Positions 47,801 to 55,975 of a stretch of DNA of 64,000 bases are shown here, one piece after another. Below the pieces are notes generated by a model. The model did no database searches. It saw only the letters and a program-made list of their open reading frames with translations, and had not been told where the DNA came from. The position numbers and the translations under genes are program-made. Position 1 is the first letter of the stretch. Every line of letters starts with the position of its first letter. Source of the stretch: Patescibacteria group bacterium (GTDB taxonomy: Bacteria; Patescibacteriota; Patescibacteriia; UBA9934); contig JBAYHI010000001.1 in the NCBI GenBank assembly GCA_041666205.1, positions 26,894 to 90,893 of the forward strand. The letters are read 5' to 3'.

Positions 47801-47830
47801 GTTGATGTCCCGCTTCGCCGTCAGGTATAA
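44807..47830 (+). CDS. Large surface protein: signal peptide, two ITW-type repeats, Pro/Thr/Glu-rich linker, three carboxypeptidase-regulatory-like domains, TM segments
   Basis: Start at MMNL, overlapping the previous stop. Repeats LDAPNGGESLDYGDAQNITWS and VTSPNGGESYEQGVSRTITWTS. Linker EPPVEPPVEPPTEPPTTPP. CarboxypepD_reg-like patterns (SDGRYFFNVDAGKYFIRVTKPGF; DRKGRYAFMVGPNEYYASFEKPGYE). Confidence 0.7.
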   Translation: MMNLVNRCFFGAVVVTIAFFACGNSVVSAASITNVYDQPSTLLISTASNHNFTIVPTSNIDEGDTLTLTFPSGFTTASITEDDVDIADDSVDLTTASDSCAGAEQASVVMASNILTITVCAGDGGTIAAGSTVAIEIGLNASASGTGANQITNPSAVATYFIALAGTFGDFGSIPIPILSRVGGTASATVPSFAAGGSGEEPSPSYMITLDAPNGGESLDYGDAQNITWSNGAAIPLIDIYYSTDSGASYALIAAGQTNDGLYSWTVPDVTTTRARVRVDGMDGSATLATDASDADFTIIGSSIGADYLVTVTSPNGGESYEQGVSRTITWTSGSLISTVNILYSTNGGSSYTSIASGESNDGAYTWTVPVVVTADAKIKIEGIVGALQISSDESDGAFSITAPVVIEEPEPEIPPVEPPVEPPVEPPTEPPTTPPTESPTTPPVTPPGGAEPGTETPATPSPTTTEIEGVEHEVNVTVTTEDGSIALGGDEGAYVLPGMPVLVRVIAEDTEKIEDVSVTIGNRTYMPSEVSDGVYVVSAPIAGGVTNVTVITTYTDGETTSTVGLAQMGYGIVYEIVDDAWVPVSGALVTVQDWSGVNNPAITGSDGAVGWYAPNGSYTVRVEKEGYETKEVGLSVSNNVLAPNVELTKTAEEIIEEVIPGETIVPVVVSETVQVISQSVTQVATAVSDAVIAVRENQAVQDVATVATPVMVVSAVSSAAVLSTSFNLWPILQYLFTAPILFFARRRRQNFGIVYNSITKVPIDLAVVRLYDAQAKLVRTMVTDSDGRYFFNVDAGKYFIRVTKPGFTFPSAYLSGVKADGNFVDIYTQGYLEVTEQSVIIAANIPLDPVSEEGAKATKRIRKDKILRVFQNSVALAGIILAIYIVVIQPSAFSWLMLGVQVLLYVGTKLLIRPRKKKGWGIVYGAEDRSPIANAIVRLFEPKYHKLLETAITDRKGRYAFMVGPNEYYASFEKPGYETREVRPIDYRNKKELTPISVDVPLRRQV

Positions 47831-47916
47831 TGAGGAAAGATTTCGTATTGCGGGAGGTGGATTTTTACGAATGCACCTCTTGCTGTATGAAGCATGAGGA
47901 TTCCTTCTTGAACCGG

Positions 47917-50900
47917 ATGAAAAAAATCGCACGTTTGTTCGTGATCGTGTTTGTTTTTGCGTTTGCATTTGGTGTTACGGCTCCTAAACTTCTCAATGCA
48001 AATGCTGCCGCATCACCAAGCAATATTATTGGCTACCAAGGTCGACTTTTAAATGCAAACGGCGTTCCCCTTACCGACGCGACGGTTGATGTGATCTTTC
48101 GACTTTATACGGCGTCTTCCGGTGGTTCGTGTTTGTGGTCAAACTCTTCGGCTACATGTGCATCAGCCACCGCGCGAAGCGTAACGCTTACAGATGGGCT
48201 TTTTTCTGAAAATCTTGGTGACACGGGAAGTTCTTACGCGGCGATTGCAAGCACGGTATTTGGAGATAATGCAGCGGTCTACTTGGATGTAAATGTGGAG
48301 GGCGAGAGCCTATCGCCTCGTCGTCTTTTGGTTGCGGCGCCATATGCCTTGAATGCACAAACGCTCGATGGAATTGATTCTACGGCATTTGCGCTTCTTA
48401 CAAGTACCGATTTGGATGACGCATATAATAATTTCACTACGAATGCGGCTGTCATCAATATCGACGACAATAACAACGATACGAATGCAGGCCTCACATT
48501 TCTTTCTGCAAACGATACGATCGTTGGGGGCACCATGCTCCAAATTACCAACAACGACACGACCAATAATCCAACAACACTTGCAATCACCAATACCAGC
48601 ACGGGTAGTGGCTTGGCAGTGACGCAGTCCGGGGCAGGGGTTGGGGTTGCAATTACCCAAAACGGTGCTTCAACCGGGCTTACCCTTTCACAAACAACAG
48701 ATTCAATCGCTTTTGGGCTCACTTCCAGTTCAACAACAGCGAATGTTTTTGATATTTCTTCCGGGACGACTTCAGGAAAGATTTTTGATATAACAACGTC
48801 CGCGCTGACGACTGGGAAAATATTTGATCTCACAACGTCCGCGCTGACCACGGGAACGATTTTGGATATTGGAATCACTTCGGAAAATGTGAGTACGGCC
48901 GATATTATTCGCGCATCACATACAAAAATCATCGACACAACCCAGGCGATTTCTGGCAACATGATTGATTTCGAGCGTGTCTTGATGTCAGATACGGGTG
49001 GGGATGTTACCATTTCGGGCGACATGGTAAGTCTCGTAAGCGCAGGTTCAGCGTCTGGCGGTACGCTTACGGATTCGTCAAATGTTCTTTTTGCAAAACA
49101 AGATTATGCCTCCGCAACCGGTGCTGTCATTAATATCGATAACGACGGTGTCGGAGAAGGAATCTGGATTGAACAAGATGGCGATGGTCGCGGAATGTTT
49201 ATTAACCAAGATGGCGCTGGAATTGGTTTGGAAATTGATGCAGAAGCCACGGCATATTCGGGACTTTATGTGAATAGCGCGGCCACTGGCGCCAATGCGA
49301 TTGATTTTATTGGGAGTACGAATACTGGCAAGTTATTAAATCTCACCGCAAACTCCCTCACAACTGGTGTAGGGATTGATTTAGCAACGACGTCTACCTT
49401 GCTTACAAGCGGGGACCTCATTCAAGCGGATCATAGCGCAACGTATACGACCACGAAGACGCTTGACGGGAACTTATTGGATTTAAGTCGTAATCTTACA
49501 ACAAACGGGGCAGGGGCTCTCACATTGAGTGGTGCGCTTGCAACGCTTTCAAATACAGGAACGCAAACCGCAGGGACGCTCACGGATTCATCAAATATTC
49601 TTTTCCTCGATCAGAATTACGCAGCCTCAACCGGGGCGGCACTTCTCATTGATTCCGAATCACTAACAGGTCCATCGATTCAGGTGGATAGCGTTGCCAC
49701 AACTGGGAGCACGGTGGTTGTGAATGCGCCAAGCACAACCACGGGTACGATTTTGAGCATCACCGGCGGTAACTTTACTGACGATTCTGGGTTAGCACTT
49801 GCCATTGACGTGACGGAATCCACTGAGACGGCAAATATTTTGAATATTCAAACAGATTACAGCTCTGGTAATAATAACGTGTTCCGAATTGAAGCCGACG
49901 GCGAAGCATTTAGCGATATTGGGTTCACAGCTGGAGCATTTTCAACAAATTATTACGATGGATCCATTACCTCAACTGGCGCGTTCACCTACGAAGCGGC
50001 AACGAGTTTTACCTGGCAAGACGACGCGGTTGGCCCAAATACACTCATGACGCTCACAGATCTTGGAACGAACGCAACCCTGAGTGTCACAGGGGACTTG
50101 TTTATCGACAAAAATGACAATGATGTCGCTCTAGAAATCGACAGCGAATCCACAACAACCAATGTTTTTGCGCTCAATGCTGATCCAAATCTTTCAGGGA
50201 ATGTTCTTGACATGAGCGCCGATGGATTAACATCCGGAAATGGTTTGGATATTCAAAGTACGTCAACGGCGCTTACAAGCGGAGATCTCATCCAAGCCGA
50301 CCACACGGCAACGTATGGATCTGGCACAGTCAGTGGAAACCTACTTGATCTAACGCGAGCAATCGCAGGTACAGCAACGGTAAACGGATCACTTGCAACA
50401 CTCGCAAGTACAAATAGTGGGAGTGTAACGGATAGCGCAAATATTTTGTTCCTCGATCAGAATTACGCAGCCTCAACCGGGGCGGCACTTCTCATTGATT
50501 CCGAATCACTGACAGGTCCATCGATTCAAGTGGATAGCGTTGCGACAACCGAAAATACGGTGGTTGTGAACGCACCAAGCACAACAACCGGAACAATTTT
50601 GAGCATCACTGGTGGGAACTTTACCGACGATTCCGGATTGGCGCTTGCCATTGACGTTGGGGAATCAACCGAAACAGCAAATATTTTGAATATTCAAACA
50701 GATTACAGTTCTGGCAATAATAACGTGTTCCGAATTGAAGCCGACGGCGAAGCATTCAGCGACATTGGATTTACTGCTGGCTCGTTCTCGACAAATTATT
50801 ACGATGGATCCATTACTTCGACCGGAGCGTTTACATATGAGTCTGCTACGAGTTTTACTTGGCAAGACGACGCGGTTGTCCCGAATACACTCATGACCCT

Positions 50901-53900
50901 CACAGATCTTGGAGCAAATGCAACCTTGAATGTTACAGGCGACCTATTCATTGATAAGAACGATAATGATGTAGCACTCGAAATTGATAGTGAATCTACA
51001 ACGACGAACGTTTTTGTCCTAAATGCGGATCCGAACCTTTCAGGGAACGTCTTTGACATGAGTGCCGATGGATTGACCTCTGGGAATGGCTTAGATATTC
51101 AAAGTACGTCAACGGCGCTTACAAGTGCAGATCTTATCCAAGCTGACCACACGGCAACGTATGGATCGGGAACAGTCAGTGGAAACCTACTTGATCTAAC
51201 GCGAGCAATCGCAGGTACAGCGACGGTCAATGGAGCGCTTGCGACGCTTTGGAGCAAAAATACGGGGAGCGTCACTGATTCCGCAAATATTTTGTTCTTG
51301 GACCAAGATTTCGCGACGTCCACAGGTTCTGCACTCAAAATTGATACGACAACAAGTGCCGGAAAAGCCATTGAGGTTCTTGCTGACAATTTCGGCGGCA
51401 GCGGGAGTGCTATTTCTGTATCACTTGATAATTTGAATGACGGGACAGGGTTTTTACTTGATTCAACATCTGCAAATATTTCCTCTGGTAAGCTCGCAAA
51501 CTTGAGCCATGCCGGAACCTATACGACCGGCGGACCAGTTTCTGGCAATATCCTTGCTGTTTCACGTGCTGTGCAAGTAGATAATGGCCCGTATATTACG
51601 GACGTCACAGGTTCGGTATTTGCGCTATCAAGCAATAATGGAACACTTGGCGGAACCATGAACGACAGTGCGCAAGTGCTTTCAATTTCGCAGTTATATA
51701 CTGGCGCAACGGGTGATGTTTTGAATATCAATAATGACTCAACCGCTTCAACCTCAATCGGCATTCTTGCCGACAGTACGACGGGCACGGTTTTTTCCGC
51801 AACCGCAAATGCGCTCACAACCGGAAATGGTATTGATTTGACAACTGCCTCCACCGTGCTTACGAGTTCGGATCTTATTCAAGTCGATCACACCGCAACA
51901 TATGGGTCTGGCACGATTTCGGGAAATATTCTTGATTTAAGTCGCGCAATTGCAGGCACAGCAACGGTCAATGGAGCGCTTGCCACGCTTGCGAGTACAA
52001 ATAGCGGAAGCGTGACAGATGGAGCAAATATTCTATTCCTCGATCAAAATTACACGGCGTCAACCGGAGCGGCACTGCTTATTGATTCAGAATCGACTGC
52101 TGGTTCCTCGATTGCTATTTTAAGTTCTGCCACCACCGGGGACACGCTTGAAGTGAACGCCTCTGCGACAACAAGCGGGAATATTTTGGATATTGGTGCA
52201 AACGCTGTTGCAAACGGGAAGGTAATCGATATTGATAATAGCGCGCTTACCACAGGATCCATCATTGATATCATCACGGATTCCGGCGCGATCTCTTCTG
52301 GAGATCTTATTCAAATGAATCACAATGGCAGTTATTCCACCAATGTCGGGTTAAGTGGCAGTTTTATGGATTTTACTCGTGACCTTACGAGCACGGCCAA
52401 TACGCTCACCGTTACCGGGCCGATGGTTGAATTCCACAGCGATGGCACGGTTTCGGGAGGGGCGGTGACGGATTCATCAAATATTTTATTCCTGAACCAG
52501 GACTACGAGGCATCAACTGGCGCATCACTTGCGATCGATTCAGAATCACTCACGGGCCCGTCCATTCAAATTGATAGTGCAACGACGACGGGAAATACAC
52601 TTGTTTTCAATGGGGATTATGTAACAACGGGCGCGGTGGAAGTACTAAGTGCAGACCGGTTGACTTCCGGGAATATTCTCGACCTTTCAAGTACTTCCAC
52701 GGTATTGGAGGGGAGCGACTTCATTCAAGGTGATCACACCGCAACATACGTTACAAGCAAAACAATCACCGGCAACCTGCTTGATTTGAGCCGAAACCTT
52801 ACGCTCAACGATGCAGGAAGCGGATATACGCTAGGGATCACCGGAGCACTCGCAACTCTTGCCAATACGGGGACTCAAACATCCGGTACACTCTCGGATT
52901 CCTCAAATATTTTGTTCCTCGATCAAAACTACGCCGCGTCAACTGGCGCGGTGCTCGCAATTGATTCTGAGGCAACATCGAGCAATGCACTTTTGATTGA
53001 TGCTGCAAACACCGATACCGCAGTTATTGCAGCCAATGGCGATAGTTTGACGACTGGAAATCTTCAAACCATGAGCGCTGATGCTCTTACAACTGGCAAT
53101 GGGATCGACATTTCAACAACATCTACGGCGCTCACAAGTTCTGACTTATTCCAGGCCGACCATACAGCAACCTATACAACCACAACGAACGTTACGGGAA
53201 ATCTTTTAGACTTACGTCGTATTCTAACAATCAACGATGGTGGGTCTGACGATCAAACGCTCACATCAAGTGGTGCACTTGCCTATATTCAAAGCGCCAC
53301 AACCGATACATCGGGAGCACTTGCAATTACGGCGCCGCTTCTTTGGCTCGATGAAGACTCTACTGCTTCCACGAATACGATTTTAAAAATTGATTCCGCT
53401 TCCACATCAACAACCGCCATTGGAATCACCGCGGATGCGCAAACAACAGGAAACGGTATTCTTATGAGCGTTGATGGGATGACAACCGGATCTGCTCTAT
53501 ACATTGAGCGTGGGGACGGGGCAACACAATTCTCTGATACTACGGAGGGATTGGCCTATATCGCTCAATTGGACGATAACTCCAATGGTCATATTTTGCA
53601 GGTGAAGAGCAATGGGAGCGGTGGGATATTGGGATATTATAATCACACAGGTCTCAATTCAACGGATCCTGTTTTGAAGGTAATCTCAAATAGCGTAGCA
53701 GATTCGGCAAATGAAGGAATCAATGGATTTGTTGCGGAGTTTATCAATAATAGTGCGGATACAGGTTTAGATAACCGCATGGGGATCATGATCCAGGCCT
53801 GTAAAGACGATGGTGCAACAACAGCATGTAATTTTCTTGAATTCCGCGATGGTGATGGAACGGCAATGGGGGCTGTTGAAGCAAATGGAGCCGGTGGTGT

Positions 53901-55917
53901 TACTTTGCGTAGCGGAAGCGCGGACTATGCCGAATATTTTAATGGCAATCCAGCACTTTTCCCAGAAGGAGTTATTGCCGGCATTCAATCCGATGGTTCC
54001 GTAGCGCCAGCAATCACGGATGAATCTGTAATTGGTGTCCGTTCAATCTCGCCGATTGTATTAGGAGGCGTAAGCGAGGGTGAGTCTATTGCCAATAAAG
54101 TAACGGTTGGTTTGTTTGGCCAGATTCGCGTGAATGTTAATAATGAAGGTGGTGCAATTACAGCAGGCGACTACATTACGGTTTCGTCAGTCCCCGGCGT
54201 TGGGAAGAAGGCAACGGAATCGGGAAAAGTCGTGGGTCAAGCGCTTGAATCCATTGATGGATCGGGCCTCATCAAAGTTTACGTTGCCCCACATTGGCAG
54301 GGAATTAATTTCCTCGCCTCCGACGGAAGTGCAACAACGGTTGCAACCGATTTCATTGTCGACGCTGTCGGCCCGGCCACAGAAAGCTCTGCCTCTGCAT
54401 CACGCTCACTCATCCTGCGCGGTTCAGCCTGGGTTGATGGCGCTTCTGCCTCAACCGATATGGTCATTTTGAACGACGTAACGGATAGTTCTGACTATGG
54501 ATTGAGCGTTTCAAATAACGATGGATCTGAAGTGGCTAATTTGAGCAATAATGGCGATTTGGCAATTGCGGGGAACCTGTATCCATCAGATCGAGGAGTT
54601 TTGCAAACGGAAAAGTATATTTATTACGATGGCTCAACTGGCGTTGGTGGCGATTTAATGCGCACAAATGCCTCGGGATGGGGAACAGGATCATATGACT
54701 TTGCCGAAATGTTCCCGTCAAGTGATTCACTCGCAGCTGGCGAACTTGTGATTTTTGGAAGCAGCAATGAAAGCGTTGCGCGGTCAAGTGGCGCAACATA
54801 CGATCAAATGATTGCCGGTGTGGTTTCAACAAAACCTGGATTCTTAGCCGGTGAAAACAATCCTGGCGATGTGCCGGTGGCTCTTGCGGGTCGTGTTCCA
54901 ACCTATGTGAGTGGGGAAAACGGTTCCATCGCACCTGGTGATCCACTTACATCTTCTACAAAGCCGGGTTATGCCATGAAGGCTACGACTGCTGGACCAA
55001 TCGTTGGCTACGCCATGGAAGCGTTTGATGGAAATACCGGCGTTGTGATTGCGTTCATTCGCCCTTCCTATTATGACGGCGCAACCGATTTGGCTGATGC
55101 CCCGGCTGCAGACAATTCCGCCTCAGAACTTGAAGGTGTTTCCACGCTCAATTTATCGCAAATGCATGATTTGGCAGGTGGAAAACTTATCAATGTTGGT
55201 AGTCTCTCTGGGTTGGCTGGGGCGTGGACATTATCCGAAAACGGGAACTTTGCAACGAGTGGTGACATCAAACACGTCGTAACTTCTTATCAAAATGAGA
55301 AGATCGATACGTACGCTTCTCTTTCTCGCGAACAAACGATTCAATTATCTGGTACCGTGGACATGCAAAATGGATTTGCTAGCGTCACATTTGAAGATGT
55401 AGACGAAAAATTCAATGATGTGATTTCAAATATTGCCCCGTATCGAGTGCTTATTACACCAGAAGGACTTTCGGGACAGCTCTACGTATCAAATCGTGAC
55501 CAAAATGGATTCACGATTCAAGAAAATGGCGGTTCATCGAATGTGAAAGTTGATTGGCTCGTGATCGCCTACGAAAAAGATAAGGAGCCGGAGCAAGAAT
55601 CGCTCATCCCAGAAGATAATATCCCAGCCGAAGAAACGCCTATCGTTTCGGATCCAGTGAGCAATGACGCTGGGACAACCCCAGGGTTGTCCGTACCTGG
55701 GGAATCGCCGGAGGAAATAATTCCTTCGCAAGATCCCATCGTTGATCCAGACGTAGGGACAACTCTAGAGTTGTCCGTGCCAAATGAACCAACCGAAATC
55801 GTCGAACCGATCATTGAAACGCCAACCGAACCGATCATCGATAATTCGTTGATTAATGACGTAGGGACAACCCCAGGGTTGTCCGTACCGGAAGAATCAA
55901 CGATCATTACGGAATAA
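47917..55917 (+). CDS. Giant (about 2660-aa) Thr/Ser/Gly/Asn-rich repeat surface protein
   Basis: Single uninterrupted ORF. Start chosen at MKKIARLFVIVFVFAFAFG (signal peptide); alternatives are 47830 and 47887. It is built from about 280-aa degenerate repeats, including two near-identical 846-bp tandem copies. The C-terminus has three [ND]D[AV]GTTPGLSVP[GE]ES repeats. Confidence 0.8.
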   Translation: MKKIARLFVIVFVFAFAFGVTAPKLLNANAAASPSNIIGYQGRLLNANGVPLTDATVDVIFRLYTASSGGSCLWSNSSATCASATARSVTLTDGLFSENLGDTGSSYAAIASTVFGDNAAVYLDVNVEGESLSPRRLLVAAPYALNAQTLDGIDSTAFALLTSTDLDDAYNNFTTNAAVINIDDNNNDTNAGLTFLSANDTIVGGTMLQITNNDTTNNPTTLAITNTSTGSGLAVTQSGAGVGVAITQNGASTGLTLSQTTDSIAFGLTSSSTTANVFDISSGTTSGKIFDITTSALTTGKIFDLTTSALTTGTILDIGITSENVSTADIIRASHTKIIDTTQAISGNMIDFERVLMSDTGGDVTISGDMVSLVSAGSASGGTLTDSSNVLFAKQDYASATGAVINIDNDGVGEGIWIEQDGDGRGMFINQDGAGIGLEIDAEATAYSGLYVNSAATGANAIDFIGSTNTGKLLNLTANSLTTGVGIDLATTSTLLTSGDLIQADHSATYTTTKTLDGNLLDLSRNLTTNGAGALTLSGALATLSNTGTQTAGTLTDSSNILFLDQNYAASTGAALLIDSESLTGPSIQVDSVATTGSTVVVNAPSTTTGTILSITGGNFTDDSGLALAIDVTESTETANILNIQTDYSSGNNNVFRIEADGEAFSDIGFTAGAFSTNYYDGSITSTGAFTYEAATSFTWQDDAVGPNTLMTLTDLGTNATLSVTGDLFIDKNDNDVALEIDSESTTTNVFALNADPNLSGNVLDMSADGLTSGNGLDIQSTSTALTSGDLIQADHTATYGSGTVSGNLLDLTRAIAGTATVNGSLATLASTNSGSVTDSANILFLDQNYAASTGAALLIDSESLTGPSIQVDSVATTENTVVVNAPSTTTGTILSITGGNFTDDSGLALAIDVGESTETANILNIQTDYSSGNNNVFRIEADGEAFSDIGFTAGSFSTNYYDGSITSTGAFTYESATSFTWQDDAVVPNTLMTLTDLGANATLNVTGDLFIDKNDNDVALEIDSESTTTNVFVLNADPNLSGNVFDMSADGLTSGNGLDIQSTSTALTSADLIQADHTATYGSGTVSGNLLDLTRAIAGTATVNGALATLWSKNTGSVTDSANILFLDQDFATSTGSALKIDTTTSAGKAIEVLADNFGGSGSAISVSLDNLNDGTGFLLDSTSANISSGKLANLSHAGTYTTGGPVSGNILAVSRAVQVDNGPYITDVTGSVFALSSNNGTLGGTMNDSAQVLSISQLYTGATGDVLNINNDSTASTSIGILADSTTGTVFSATANALTTGNGIDLTTASTVLTSSDLIQVDHTATYGSGTISGNILDLSRAIAGTATVNGALATLASTNSGSVTDGANILFLDQNYTASTGAALLIDSESTAGSSIAILSSATTGDTLEVNASATTSGNILDIGANAVANGKVIDIDNSALTTGSIIDIITDSGAISSGDLIQMNHNGSYSTNVGLSGSFMDFTRDLTSTANTLTVTGPMVEFHSDGTVSGGAVTDSSNILFLNQDYEASTGASLAIDSESLTGPSIQIDSATTTGNTLVFNGDYVTTGAVEVLSADRLTSGNILDLSSTSTVLEGSDFIQGDHTATYVTSKTITGNLLDLSRNLTLNDAGSGYTLGITGALATLANTGTQTSGTLSDSSNILFLDQNYAASTGAVLAIDSEATSSNALLIDAANTDTAVIAANGDSLTTGNLQTMSADALTTGNGIDISTTSTALTSSDLFQADHTATYTTTTNVTGNLLDLRRILTINDGGSDDQTLTSSGALAYIQSATTDTSGALAITAPLLWLDEDSTASTNTILKIDSASTSTTAIGITADAQTTGNGILMSVDGMTTGSALYIERGDGATQFSDTTEGLAYIAQLDDNSNGHILQVKSNGSGGILGYYNHTGLNSTDPVLKVISNSVADSANEGINGFVAEFINNSADTGLDNRMGIMIQACKDDGATTACNFLEFRDGDGTAMGAVEANGAGGVTLRSGSADYAEYFNGNPALFPEGVIAGIQSDGSVAPAITDESVIGVRSISPIVLGGVSEGESIANKVTVGLFGQIRVNVNNEGGAITAGDYITVSSVPGVGKKATESGKVVGQALESIDGSGLIKVYVAPHWQGINFLASDGSATTVATDFIVDAVGPATESSASASRSLILRGSAWVDGASASTDMVILNDVTDSSDYGLSVSNNDGSEVANLSNNGDLAIAGNLYPSDRGVLQTEKYIYYDGSTGVGGDLMRTNASGWGTGSYDFAEMFPSSDSLAAGELVIFGSSNESVARSSGATYDQMIAGVVSTKPGFLAGENNPGDVPVALAGRVPTYVSGENGSIAPGDPLTSSTKPGYAMKATTAGPIVGYAMEAFDGNTGVVIAFIRPSYYDGATDLADAPAADNSASELEGVSTLNLSQMHDLAGGKLINVGSLSGLAGAWTLSENGNFATSGDIKHVVTSYQNEKIDTYASLSREQTIQLSGTVDMQNGFASVTFEDVDEKFNDVISNIAPYRVLITPEGLSGQLYVSNRDQNGFTIQENGGSSNVKVDWLVIAYEKDKEPEQESLIPEDNIPAEETPIVSDPVSNDAGTTPGLSVPGESPEEIIPSQDPIVDPDVGTTLELSVPNEPTEIVEPIIETPTEPIIDNSLINDVGTTPGLSVPEESTIITE
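49590..51281 (+). repeat. Two near-identical in-frame tandem repeats of 846 bp (282 aa) inside the giant ORF
   Basis: The 49606 ctcgatcagaattacgcagcctcaaccggggcggcacttctc string recurs at 50452; period 846 nt. Protein segments TDSSNILFLDQNYAASTGAALLIDSESLTGPSIQVDS ... are near-identical. Confidence 0.85.
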
Positions 55918-55975
55918 GCCCATATTTTCAAGACGCCTTCTGTGATAAAATGGAGGCGTCTTTAAATTTGGATTT

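Noticed and set aside
48279-49025. 248-aa and other minus-strand ORFs within the giant protein gene (48279-49025, 48310-48660, 51519-51854, 55569-55931)
   Set aside because: Antisense artefacts of the low-complexity Thr/Ser/Gly repeat region; the sense frame is continuous for 8 kb.
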